DNA of 64,000 nt from an uncultured Acidimicrobiaceae bacterium (GTDB taxonomy: Bacteria; Actinomycetota; Acidimicrobiia; Acidimicrobiales; RAAP-2): contig CAWACN010000023.1 in the NCBI GenBank assembly GCA_963780525.1, positions 136 to 64,135 of the forward strand, given 5' to 3'. The translations under genes and the position numbers were made by a program. The notes under the pieces are model-generated. The model was not told the DNA's origin. It did not search any database and saw nothing but the letters and a program-made list of their open reading frames with translations. Shown in pieces: positions 9,952 to 18,764 of this stretch. Numbering within the stretch: the stretch's first letter is position 1; every line of letters begins with the position of its first letter.

Positions 9952-11363
9952 GCGACGGGCCCGTCGGCCTGCCCGACGACCTGGTGGCGTGGATCGAGGA
10001 GGTCGGCGAGGGTCGTGTGGTACTCGCCGAACGCATGCCGGGCGGCGGGCGCAAGGAGGCCTGGTTCATCGACCTGGCGGGTGGTCCCGACGGAGCGGTG
10101 ACGTCCCTGTTCTTGCGCTACGACCGTTCCGACCCGGCGCAGACGAAGGATCCGTGGACGTTGCACCGTGAGGCGACCGTCTATGTCGCGCTGCAGGACG
10201 GGCCGGTGCCGGTGCCTCGGGTCCTCGGCGTGCATCCCGTGCACCAGGCGATGTTGTCGGAGCGGGTGGAGGGCGGAACCTGGTTCTCCCGCATCACCGA
10301 CCCGGCCGAGCAGGAGACCACGGCGCGGGACTTCATGACGAAGCTGGCGGCGCTGCATTCCCTCGACGCGTCGGCGCTGGAGCTCCCCGCCTTCCCTCGG
10401 GTGACGACGGTCGCCGAGGCCGTCGTGGCCGAGCTCGACGAATGGCATTGGTTGCTGGCGGCGCGGGGCGGGGCTCCCGATCCGGCTCTCGTCTTCTCGT
10501 TGCGCTGGCTGCGGGACCACATCCCTTCCTACGACGGGCCGCCCGTGTTGGTGCAGGGGGACACGGGGCCGGGCAACTTCATGTACTCCGGCGGGAAGGT
10601 AACCGCAGTCGTCGACTGGGAGCTGGCCCACCTGGGTGACCCCATGGACGACATCGCGTGGCTGTCCTTGCGGGCAACGCAGGAGCCCTTCACCGACTTC
10701 CCGACGCGGCTGCGGGAGTACGAGGCGCTGTCGAGCAATCTCATTAATGAGGCTCGGGTCCACTACTACCAAGTCATGGCCGAGACCAAGCTCCAGGTGA
10801 TGGGTCACCGAGGCCCGGGGTCGGGCGACGACGGTGACGGTCGAGGTGGCGGGGACGGTGGCGGCAGTGACGTCGGCAACGGGTTCATCTACCAGGTGCT
10901 CCATCGGCGTTTGTGGTTGGAGGCGCTGGCCGCAGCGAACAGCCTGGAACTGGCGCCGGCCGAGACGCTCCAGGCCCGCGACCCTCGGGACAGCGACTGG
11001 ATGTACGACGCCGTCCTCACCCAGCTGCGCGACGTCATCGTTCCCCGCACGACCGACCCCCTGGCACAGGCGCGGGGGAAGGGGATCGCCCGCCTCATTA
11101 AGTACCTGGCTCGGGTCGACACATACGGTCTCTCCTACGAGGAGTGCGAGCGGCAGGACCTGGAGAAGCTGCTGGGCCGACGACCCGACTCGGTGCTGAG
11201 CGGCCGGGCTGATGCCGCAGTGGCGGTCGTGGCGGGCGACGTGTCCGACGAGGACTACATCCTCACGTTGTGGCGACGGATTGCCCGCGAGACCGAACTG
11301 GCCCGTCCCGCCATGGGCGTGCTCGCCGACCGGCACTGGCCGCCACTCTCGGTGAGCCGATGA
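9948..11363 (+). CDS. phosphotransferase (APH/choline-kinase-like) family protein
   Basis: The kinase-like catalytic region VLVQGDTGPGNFMYSGGKVTAVVDWELAHLGDPMDDIAW is present. The GTG at 9948 overlaps the FadD stop (GTGA). The track ORF start at 9837 is inside the upstream gene. Confidence 0.8.
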   Translation: MSDGPVGLPDDLVAWIEEVGEGRVVLAERMPGGGRKEAWFIDLAGGPDGAVTSLFLRYDRSDPAQTKDPWTLHREATVYVALQDGPVPVPRVLGVHPVHQAMLSERVEGGTWFSRITDPAEQETTARDFMTKLAALHSLDASALELPAFPRVTTVAEAVVAELDEWHWLLAARGGAPDPALVFSLRWLRDHIPSYDGPPVLVQGDTGPGNFMYSGGKVTAVVDWELAHLGDPMDDIAWLSLRATQEPFTDFPTRLREYEALSSNLINEARVHYYQVMAETKLQVMGHRGPGSGDDGDGRGGGDGGGSDVGNGFIYQVLHRRLWLEALAAANSLELAPAETLQARDPRDSDWMYDAVLTQLRDVIVPRTTDPLAQARGKGIARLIKYLARVDTYGLSYEECERQDLEKLLGRRPDSVLSGRADAAVAVVAGDVSDEDYILTLWRRIARETELARPAMGVLADRHWPPLSVSR

Positions 11364-12403
11364 CCACACTCTTCGGAGTCGACCTGGACCAGCGGCGCGC
11401 CGAGCGGACGTATCGCGAGCTCGGCCCTGCGGACGATGACTTCCACGACGAAGAGCTCACTGACCGTTGGTGGGAAACCGAGACGTGCTGGTTCTCGTGG
11501 AACGTTCCCGAACGAAATCTCGGCGGTTGGACGTACTGCCAAGCCCGGCCCAACGCCAACATCTGCAACGGCGGGGCCTGGGTCTGGGACGACCGAGCCG
11601 CCTACCCGTGGGAGTTGGCTTACCGGGCCGAGTACTCCGGGCTACAGCTACCCCCGCGTGCTGAACGGGACATGCGGAACTTCGAGTGGCCCAACGGGGT
11701 CCATGTCCGGGTCGTCGAACCGCTGACCACCTACGCCATCTCCTACCGCGACCCCGGTGCGCTCGAGGTGGACATTGTTTTCGAGGCCATCATGAAACCC
11801 AACCTGCACCCGGACGGCGTCGTCCCCTTTCTCAAGGGAGCGCACTTCGACCAAGCCGGCCACGTGACCGGGACGGTGGTGCTCCACGGCGAGAAAATCC
11901 CGATCGATTGCTACTCCGTGCGGGACCGCTCGTGGGGGCCCCGGCCGATGGGACGCCCGAAGCCGCGTCAGGACAGCTCGTCGGCGAAACACGGGACCAG
12001 GACCCGGTCAGATGCCGGGTCGTTCGGCGGCGTCGGCTACTCGTTCTGCGCCGCCGGTCCCGGCGAAGCGTGGCTCGTCTACGCCATCCCTGGTCCGGAG
12101 GCAGAGCCCATCTCTTGCGGCTTCTTGCTCAGGAACGGCGAGTACGGGCACATTCTGGCGGGCGAACGCCGAGTCACCTTCGACGCCAGCACAGGATGGC
12201 CACTGTCGATCGAAGTAGAGGCTGTCGACGAGTTCGACCGGCGCCTCTCGGTTCGGGGCGATGCGGTGAGCCGGCACTGGCGGGGGCACGGCGGAGATTC
12301 CCTCATGCACTGGCGCTGGGACGACGGAATTGAAGGCTGGGGCGAGGACCAGAGCTACTTCAGCCGAGACCAATGGGAGCGCAACCGCCGGCGAGCCAGG
12401 TAG
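11360..12403 (+). CDS. conserved hypothetical protein (function unknown)
   Basis: 347 aa, MTTLFGVDLDQRRAERTYRELG...CYSVRDRSWGPRPMG...WGEDQSYFSRDQWERN. The ATG at 11360 overlaps the upstream TGA (ATGA), and composition is normal. No family is confidently recognised. Confidence 0.7.
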   Translation: MTTLFGVDLDQRRAERTYRELGPADDDFHDEELTDRWWETETCWFSWNVPERNLGGWTYCQARPNANICNGGAWVWDDRAAYPWELAYRAEYSGLQLPPRAERDMRNFEWPNGVHVRVVEPLTTYAISYRDPGALEVDIVFEAIMKPNLHPDGVVPFLKGAHFDQAGHVTGTVVLHGEKIPIDCYSVRDRSWGPRPMGRPKPRQDSSSAKHGTRTRSDAGSFGGVGYSFCAAGPGEAWLVYAIPGPEAEPISCGFLLRNGEYGHILAGERRVTFDASTGWPLSIEVEAVDEFDRRLSVRGDAVSRHWRGHGGDSLMHWRWDDGIEGWGEDQSYFSRDQWERNRRRAR

Positions 12404-12432
12404 TTCACCGCGACGGGCGCCCGCCCGGCGGC

Positions 12433-13614
12433 CTATCCGTTCTGCGGCGAAGTCGTCGGCCCCGCGGAGACCGTCGTCCAGAGGGGCCACGGGCGCGACG
12501 TCATGACGCGTCCAGTGGGCGCGACCAAGGTGAGCTCCTCGTTGGCGTTTCCCGTCATGGACCAGCCCGAACTGTGGAGGCGGTAATGGTGGTGCTGGCA
12601 CATCAGCACCAGATTTTCCAAATCGGTCCGACCGCCGGACCCCCACGGTTTGATGTGGTGCACATTGGTGAACGTCACGTTCGAACAACCCGGGAAGCGG
12701 CAATGTCGATCCCGCCGCATTACTTCTCGACGTTGGGACCCGCTCGGGAAGCGCCGAGCCCGACCCTCATACATCGTGTGGCCGAGGTCGTCGTCGAGGG
12801 CGACGATCACCGTGGCGTCACACGCCAGGCGGCGCACGGTCTCGGCGTCAATCAGCCCGCCACGCTCCAACTCGCCCGCCAACTCCGACGACTCGTCCGC
12901 CAGCGTCTCCAACGGCGCGTGCACCACGACGACATACGGGCTCGAACCCTGCGCAGCAGCGCGGTCCGACCCAAAGATCTCCAGGTAGACGTCGCAGAGC
13001 CGTTGGTCCCATCGGGTCTCGCCGTCCGAGGGCAGCGCCCGGGCCTCGGTTTCGAGGCGGGACTTCACCTCGGCGTAGGACTCGGGCGGCATCTGGGCCG
13101 TCACCGTGCGGCATTCGTCGTTGAATCTGACCGAACGCGACTCGTGGTCGGTCTCGGCCCGTGACCGCGGCGCGCCCCGTTCCGTGCGGGCCACCTCTTG
13201 CAGCTGCCGGACCGTGCACTCGCGTGCCAGATCCGCCAGCTCCCGATCATTCGCCGGCGTGGCCACGTCGACAACGGCGGCCACCTTGTCGAAGGTCAGT
13301 TCTCCCGATGAGAGCCCGGCGGTCAGGTGGGGACGCTTTTCGAGTTGTTCCCCCACATGCGCGTACGACCGGGCGGAGCCACGGGAGACTCCGCAACGCT
13401 CCACCATCCAAGCTTCCAGCGAGGTCGCGCCCTCGGCCCGCCAGCCCTCTCGCTTCCTGAGCTCTGCGGTATAGCCGACGAAGCGTGCCTCCTCGCGGGC
13501 GATCCGGGCTGACGAAACGGCAGCCAGTCCCATGATCGTCTCAGTGGGCAGGGTCGCCAGATCGACATCAGGACCCGAATCGAACGTGCCGGTGGCGGGA
13601 GCGATCGTCTCCAT
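12433..13614 (-). CDS. DUF222 domain + HNH endonuclease (13E12-repeat-like protein)
   Basis: The C-terminal HNH motif is CRFPGCSNVTFTNVHHIKPWGSGGRTDLENLVLMCQHHHYRLH. The N-terminal region is typical of actinobacterial DUF222 proteins. Confidence 0.9.
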   Translation of the reverse strand: METIAPATGTFDSGPDVDLATLPTETIMGLAAVSSARIAREEARFVGYTAELRKREGWRAEGATSLEAWMVERCGVSRGSARSYAHVGEQLEKRPHLTAGLSSGELTFDKVAAVVDVATPANDRELADLARECTVRQLQEVARTERGAPRSRAETDHESRSVRFNDECRTVTAQMPPESYAEVKSRLETEARALPSDGETRWDQRLCDVYLEIFGSDRAAAQGSSPYVVVVHAPLETLADESSELAGELERGGLIDAETVRRLACDATVIVALDDDLGHTMYEGRARRFPSGSQRREVMRRDRHCRFPGCSNVTFTNVHHIKPWGSGGRTDLENLVLMCQHHHYRLHSSGWSMTGNANEELTLVAPTGRVMTSRPWPLWTTVSAGPTTSPQNG

Positions 13615-13636
13615 CGCCAGGGAACGGTCCCTACGA

Positions 13637-14053
13637 CTACGGAAGTGTGCGGAAAGTCACCATGTTGAAGGTTCTATGTGCGATGCGCCAGCCGTCCGGA
13701 GTGTGGACAAGCTCGTCGTCATAAGAGCCGATGGGATTGAAGCCGGACTCGCCGTCGGCCGCCATGAGCACCCCGTCGACGTAGCAGCGAGCGACAGCAC
13801 GGTCGCCGTCGCCATGCACGTCGACAGCGATGTTCGAGATCCGGTGCATCGTCTGACCCATTCCCGCGTGTGCGGTCACCATGAAGTCAGTGATGTCGTC
13901 GGCGCTCTCCCACGTGCCGATCCCCTCGTACTCAGCCAGGCAGTCGGCAACGAAGCAGGACCGGAACAGATCCCAGTCCCGGCGGTCGATACCGGTGGCG
14001 TAACGGACTAGGACCTCGGCGATGTCCTCCTTCGCCCGGCCCTCCACCGTCAT
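13637..14053 (-). CDS. SnoaL-like / NTF2-like domain protein
   Basis: 138 aa: EDIAEVLVRYATGIDRRDWDLFRSCFVADCLAEYEG...HRISNIAVDVHGDGDRAVARCYV. Its ATG overlaps the SDR stop (ATGA). Confidence 0.85.
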   Translation of the reverse strand: MTVEGRAKEDIAEVLVRYATGIDRRDWDLFRSCFVADCLAEYEGIGTWESADDITDFMVTAHAGMGQTMHRISNIAVDVHGDGDRAVARCYVDGVLMAADGESGFNPIGSYDDELVHTPDGWRIAHRTFNMVTFRTLP

Positions 14054-14889
14054 CGGGCCCCGCCCCCAGCGCCGGCATCGTGATCCATGGTGGCGCTCGC
14101 CGCCTTCATCATGAGCTCGACTGCGTCCTTCCGGGGCATGCCGCCGAGCATCTGGAGGCCCGCCCGCAACTGCTCGCCGACTATCCAGCTGGGGCCGTGC
14201 GGCAGACGGGCGAGCGCATCCCTCACCACCTCATCGACCGTCGCCACCCCCGGCAATGACGCGTCTGCATCGTCCACGAAGCCCCTCTCAGCCCGCAGGC
14301 GCCGCAGGGCCGGCGTGTCGGTCTCCCCCAATACGAGGCTCAGGACGTCGACGCCCAACGGATGGAGCTCGGTCCACAACGCCTCGGTGAACACCACGTC
14401 AAAAGCCTTCGACCCGCCGTAAATGACCATGTTGGGCGCCCCTACGAAGGCCGCGCCCGAACTCAGCACAATGATGCCGCCCCGTCCCCGCTTGACCATC
14501 GGCCCGGCGAAGTGGTGACACATCTGGACCGGGACGACACAGTTGCGTTGCACCATGGCCGTGGCCACCTCCACCGGGTTGGCCAGAAACGGCTGATAGT
14601 TGGGGTCCGCGCCGGCGCAGTACATCAGCAGGCCTACGTCGATGTCCCGCGTGGCGCCGGCGACCGTCTGCATGGCGTCCGGCGAGGCCAGGTCCACGGC
14701 GACGGCACGGGTCTGCACACCGGTTTGGCCGCCGATCTTCCACGCAACCTCGTCCAGGACCCCCTGGCGGCGGGCGAGGAGCACGACGTGCAGCCCCATT
14801 CTGGCCACGGCGGCGGCGAACTCTGCCCCGACCCCCTCAGACGCGCCAGCGATGACGGCCCAGGGCCCATACGACTCGACGAAGGTCAT
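14050..14889 (-). CDS. SDR family oxidoreductase
   Basis: It carries the GASEGVG nucleotide-binding motif and the YGGSKAF (YxxxK) catalytic motif. Confidence 0.9.
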   Translation of the reverse strand: MTFVESYGPWAVIAGASEGVGAEFAAAVARMGLHVVLLARRQGVLDEVAWKIGGQTGVQTRAVAVDLASPDAMQTVAGATRDIDVGLLMYCAGADPNYQPFLANPVEVATAMVQRNCVVPVQMCHHFAGPMVKRGRGGIIVLSSGAAFVGAPNMVIYGGSKAFDVVFTEALWTELHPLGVDVLSLVLGETDTPALRRLRAERGFVDDADASLPGVATVDEVVRDALARLPHGPSWIVGEQLRAGLQMLGGMPRKDAVELMMKAASATMDHDAGAGGGAR

Positions 14890-14973
14890 TGGCGCCGCTC
14901 CCTCCCCATCTCCTCAACCCGTCCATCCGCCCGATCCGCTTCAAGCGCAGAAGTGGGCGACGATACGAGGTCG

Positions 14974-16197
14974 TCAGCGCAATGTCACCGGCAAAGAACG
15001 AAAACCACGTAGTGCCTGCACGGGCTTGTATTCCAGCCGATCACGGGGGACCGCCAACCGCATGTCCGGAAACCGTCGCACGAGCGCCCCGATCGCGATC
15101 TGCCCCTCCAAGCGGGCCAGCTGGTTGCCCAGGCAGAAGTGCTTCCCGAAGGCAAAGGTCAGGTGGCGGTTGGGGTCCCGTCCCAGGTCGAGCTCATCAG
15201 GGCGGTCGAACACCGCCTCGTCCCGGTTGGCCGAGATGATCATTCCCATCACCTTGGACCCCTTCGGCATCGTCGTCCCATCGATCGTCACCTCGTCCAA
15301 CAACGTCCTGGCCGTCCCACACGGCACGGGCGTCGTGAAGCGCAGCAGCTCCTCGACCGCCGGCGCCGATAGCTCCGGCTCGTCCCGCCACCGCGCCGCC
15401 TGCTCGGGGTGCTCCATCAGCGCCACCGCCGAGCTCCCGATCAAGTTCGCAGTGGTGTCATGCCCCGCCAACATCAACAGGAAGATCATGGCGATGACCT
15501 CGTCGTCGCTGAGCGAGTCACCGTCCTCGTTGGCTTCCAGCAAACCCGAGATCAGCCCGTCATCTGGAGCAGCACGGCGGTGTTCGGCCAGGCGCTCCAG
15601 CACGGCGTAGAGCTTCCGGGCTGTCGGGATTGTCCGCAACGCATCCACGCCAGACCCACTTCCAAGCCGAACGACGAACCGTTCCATGAGGACATGAAAC
15701 TCGTCCCGATCTTCGTCACCGACTCCGAGCATGGTCGAAATCACCGACAAGGGCAGTGGCGTGGCGAAACCCGCCACCAGGTCGACCGTCGAGCCGCCCT
15801 GCCGGTCGAGCTCGTCGACGAGGTCGCCGACGATCCGCTCAATGTCCCCCGTCATCTGCTGCACCATGCGCGGCGTGAAGGCTTTGTTCACGAGCCGCCG
15901 CAGACGGGCGTGGTCCGGGTCGTCCTTGTAGACCATGGAATTGGTCAGGAGGCGGAACATCTTGGGCAGGTGCCGCATCATGAAACCCGATCCACCCGTC
16001 GTCGGGTCGCTCGAGAAGCGCAGGTCGTTGTGCAGCAACAGCACGTCCTCGTGCCGCGTCAGCATGAAGCCAGCGCCGCCCATCAGCTGCTTCGAAAACG
16101 CCGGCGACACCGCTCCACCCCGGCGCAGCGCCGCGTAGCGTGGGAACGGATCCGTGAACATGACCGGGTCGGCCAGGTCCGTCACCGTGTCCGTCAT
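14974..16197 (-). CDS. cytochrome P450
   Basis: The heme-binding loop FAFGKHFCLGNQLA and the ExxR motif in VEELLRFTTP are present. I chose the ATG start (MTDTVTDLADP) at 16197; the track ORF extends to a TTG at 16236. Confidence 0.9.
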   Translation of the reverse strand: MTDTVTDLADPVMFTDPFPRYAALRRGGAVSPAFSKQLMGGAGFMLTRHEDVLLLHNDLRFSSDPTTGGSGFMMRHLPKMFRLLTNSMVYKDDPDHARLRRLVNKAFTPRMVQQMTGDIERIVGDLVDELDRQGGSTVDLVAGFATPLPLSVISTMLGVGDEDRDEFHVLMERFVVRLGSGSGVDALRTIPTARKLYAVLERLAEHRRAAPDDGLISGLLEANEDGDSLSDDEVIAMIFLLMLAGHDTTANLIGSSAVALMEHPEQAARWRDEPELSAPAVEELLRFTTPVPCGTARTLLDEVTIDGTTMPKGSKVMGMIISANRDEAVFDRPDELDLGRDPNRHLTFAFGKHFCLGNQLARLEGQIAIGALVRRFPDMRLAVPRDRLEYKPVQALRGFRSLPVTLR

Positions 16198-16235
16198 TGG
16201 CCCTTCCACCAGGGGTTCAAGGCTCGTGGCACTCA

Positions 16236-16251
16236 ATTGAGTATAACCTAT
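16236..16251. promoter_or_regulatory. degenerate copy of the AAAGAG-N4-CTCTTT box / -10 region (ATTGAGTATAACCTAT)
   Basis: It lies in the 59-bp gap between the P450 (start 16197) and the tandem GntR (ATG 16257). TAACCT ends 6 nt before the ATG, which suggests a leaderless regulator mRNA. Confidence 0.3.
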
Positions 16252-16256
16252 TTTTG

Positions 16257-17714
16257 ATGGTCACCGCCGCCCCCTCCACCACCCTCGTCCCCGCGGACCG
16301 ACCGACAACCCCGTCGTCGGCGTCGAACAAGTCCGATTCCGAATCAACGCTGGCGGCGACGGTGGCGCGGCGGATCCTGACCGACGTGGTCGACCGGGGC
16401 TGGCCGGTGGGCCAGGTGCTGGGCTCGCAGTCAGAGCTGATTGAGCGCTACGGGGTGAGCCGGGCTGTCTTTCGGGAAGCCGTGCGGTTGGTCGAGAACC
16501 AGCAGGTGGCCACCATGCGACGAGGCCCCGGGGGCGGGCTGGTCGTCACGGAGCCGACGGTCGACGCCATCATTGATGCTGCGGTGCTGTATCTGCACCG
16601 GGCCAACACCCGTCTGGACGAGGTCTTCGAGGCGCGCATCGTGCTGGAGGTGATCGCGGCCGACCTGGCCACCGAACGGCTCACCGAGGAAGACGCCACC
16701 GGTCTGCGCGCGTTGGAGGAAGCGGAAGTGCGCGACTACCGCGCCCTGCACGCACGGCTGGCCAGCATCACCCTCAACCCCGCGCTCGAGCTCTTCGTGG
16801 ACATCTTGAACCGGGTGGCCTTCCTCTACTTCCGCGGCGGAGGTTCCTCACTGGGCGACGGCACGCTGAGCGCGTCACGAGAGGCCCATGCCCGCATCAT
16901 TGAGGCAGTCCTGGACCACGACGCCGAGACGGCCAGCCGCCGGATGCGCCGTCACCTCGAAGCCGAGTCGGCCTTCCTGCAGAACCGCAAGCTGTCGCGC
17001 CAGGTCCTGCCCCGCAGCGTCGCTCTCGGGGGCGCCGTGAGCAACAAGCGGGCCGAGGAAGTGGCCAGGGCCATCCTGCAGGACGTCGTGGCCGACGACC
17101 TTCCACCGGGGACGCTCATCGGTTCCCAGACCGCCTTGATCGAGCGCTACGGCGCCAGTCGGGCGGTTTTCCGTGAGGCCCTTCGCCTCTTGGAGCACCA
17201 TCAGATCGCCACCATGCGGCGCGGCCCGGGTGGCGGCCTGTTCGTCAGCGCCCCCAGCGTGCGCGGCGTGAGCGACGTGGTCGCGGTCTACCTCGCCCGC
17301 CGCGACATCTCCATGGTCGACCTCGTCGAGTTGCGCATCCGGGTCGAGCTGGCGCTGGTCGACCTGGCCATCGACCGGGCCGGCGGCACCCAGTCCGAGG
17401 GCGAGCTCATCGACACCCTCGAGCACGAGCGAGAGCTCAGCACCGCCGAGTTCGCTGACGGCGGCCACGACCTGCACGCCGTCATCGCCGGAATGGCCGG
17501 CAACCGGGCGCTCGAGCTGGTGTTGCTCGTCCTGCTCCGCCTGATGCGCCTGCACCAGGTCGAAGAGGTCACCGACCAAGAGCGGGCCGTCGCCGCCCTC
17601 GAGGTCTCCAAGGCCCATGGCGCCATCGCCGAGGCGATCACCGAGGGGAACGACGAGCTGGCCCGCCGCCGCATGCGTCGCCACCTCGAGGCGATCGGCA
17701 GCTACCTCCGCTGA
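16257..17714 (+). CDS. tandem-duplicated GntR/FadR-type regulator (two wHTH + two FCD modules in one chain)
   Basis: Repeat 1 is LIERYGVSRAVFREAVRLVENQQVATMRRGPGGGLVVTEPT ... ASRRMRRHLEAESAFL. Repeat 2 is LIERYGASRAVFREALRLLEHHQIATMRRGPGGGLFVSAPS ... ARRRMRRHLEAIGSYL. The ATG start is at 16257. Confidence 0.85.
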   Translation: MVTAAPSTTLVPADRPTTPSSASNKSDSESTLAATVARRILTDVVDRGWPVGQVLGSQSELIERYGVSRAVFREAVRLVENQQVATMRRGPGGGLVVTEPTVDAIIDAAVLYLHRANTRLDEVFEARIVLEVIAADLATERLTEEDATGLRALEEAEVRDYRALHARLASITLNPALELFVDILNRVAFLYFRGGGSSLGDGTLSASREAHARIIEAVLDHDAETASRRMRRHLEAESAFLQNRKLSRQVLPRSVALGGAVSNKRAEEVARAILQDVVADDLPPGTLIGSQTALIERYGASRAVFREALRLLEHHQIATMRRGPGGGLFVSAPSVRGVSDVVAVYLARRDISMVDLVELRIRVELALVDLAIDRAGGTQSEGELIDTLEHERELSTAEFADGGHDLHAVIAGMAGNRALELVLLVLLRLMRLHQVEEVTDQERAVAALEVSKAHGAIAEAITEGNDELARRRMRRHLEAIGSYLR

Positions 17715-17718
17715 CCGC

Positions 17719-18763
17719 CTACGTCGTCGAGAACACCTTGCGCGAGTAGTACCAGACCGCCACCACGCTCAGGACGACTGCGAACGCCGCCAGAGCGCCG
17801 ATGTCGGGCAACGTCTCACCGAACGAGGCGTGGTCTGAAATGAGCTTGACGAACGCGTCCATGGCCCACGCCTGCGGCACGACGTGCCCCACGTTCTTCA
17901 CCGTCGTACTCACCGCGCTCAGCTGGTAGACGCAGCCGCCCAACATGCCGGCGATGATGGCGACGATCACCGCAGTGGCGATGGCCTGCTCCTGCGAGCG
18001 CGCCCACGTCCCGATGATCACGGACAGCGCGGCCACGCTGATCCCCAGGAGCACAATCACCAGGAGCACGCTCAAGGGATTGCCCCAGTGCACCCGGAAC
18101 AGCACGTAGCCGACGAAGATCAAGCCGATCGCCATGGTGACCGCGGTGACCATCATGCTGGCCATCTGACCGAACACGATGTCCCGCTTGCGCACCGGAG
18201 CCGCCGACAAACGCTGCAGCACCCCCAGTCGCCGCGTCTCGACCATGCCCGCCGCCAGCACCAGTACGGCGATCCCCATGAACAACACCAGGTTCGCCGG
18301 CGCCACGTACCAGAACGGGCTCAGCGGCGCCTCCACCGGCGTCGCCTTCAACGTGCGCGTCGGTGAACGACGTGTGCGAGCCCTCGGCCGCCATCAGGTC
18401 CATGAGCGCCACCGCATCCGTGCGAGCCTGCACGGCGTCGGTGGTGGCGGACTCCACGAGGAAGTCCGCCCGCACAGAGTTTCCGGGTGCCGGCAGCTGC
18501 ACGATCCCCGCCACCACCCGGCCCCGCAGGATGTCGTCGGTCAGATCCGAACGGCTGTTCTCGACCCGCACCTTGATCCCGTCCGTCGTCTGCGCCAGGT
18601 GCAACAAGCGCGCCGACGGGTGGTACAGGCCGATCGGCTCCTTCGGGCTGCCCTCGAGCAGTCCCGTGATGAGGATGATGACGACCGGCACCAGCGTGCC
18701 GATGATGAGCAGTCGGCGGTCGCCCATGGCTCGGCGCAGGTTGACCCAGATGACCGCGATCAC
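17719..18763 (-). pseudogene. ABC-2 type transporter permease, apparent +1 frameshift near 18349-18355
   Basis: TM1 and the extracytoplasmic loop are in the frame of ORF 17816..18763 (MIAVIWVNLRRAMGDRRLLIIGTLVPVVIILITG...SHTSFTDAHV). The five C-terminal TM helices are in the frame of ORF 17719..18351 (KATPVEAPLSPFWYVAPANLVLFMG...). The architecture matches the intact permease upstream. Confidence 0.75.
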
Positions 18764-18764
18764 G

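Noticed and set aside
9645-11369. Long antisense ORFs: 9645..11369(-), 5073..6434(-), 18363..19526(+), 19560..20834(+), 29163..30437(-), 29899..31437(+), 35861..37042(-), 40895..42574(+), 42575..44062(-), 45342..46742(+) and 61455..62756(-).
   Set aside because: All lie opposite ORFs with clear family motifs. Their translations are Arg/Gly/His/Pro-rich with no recognisable domains. Such shadow ORFs are expected in G+C-rich DNA because stop codons are rare.
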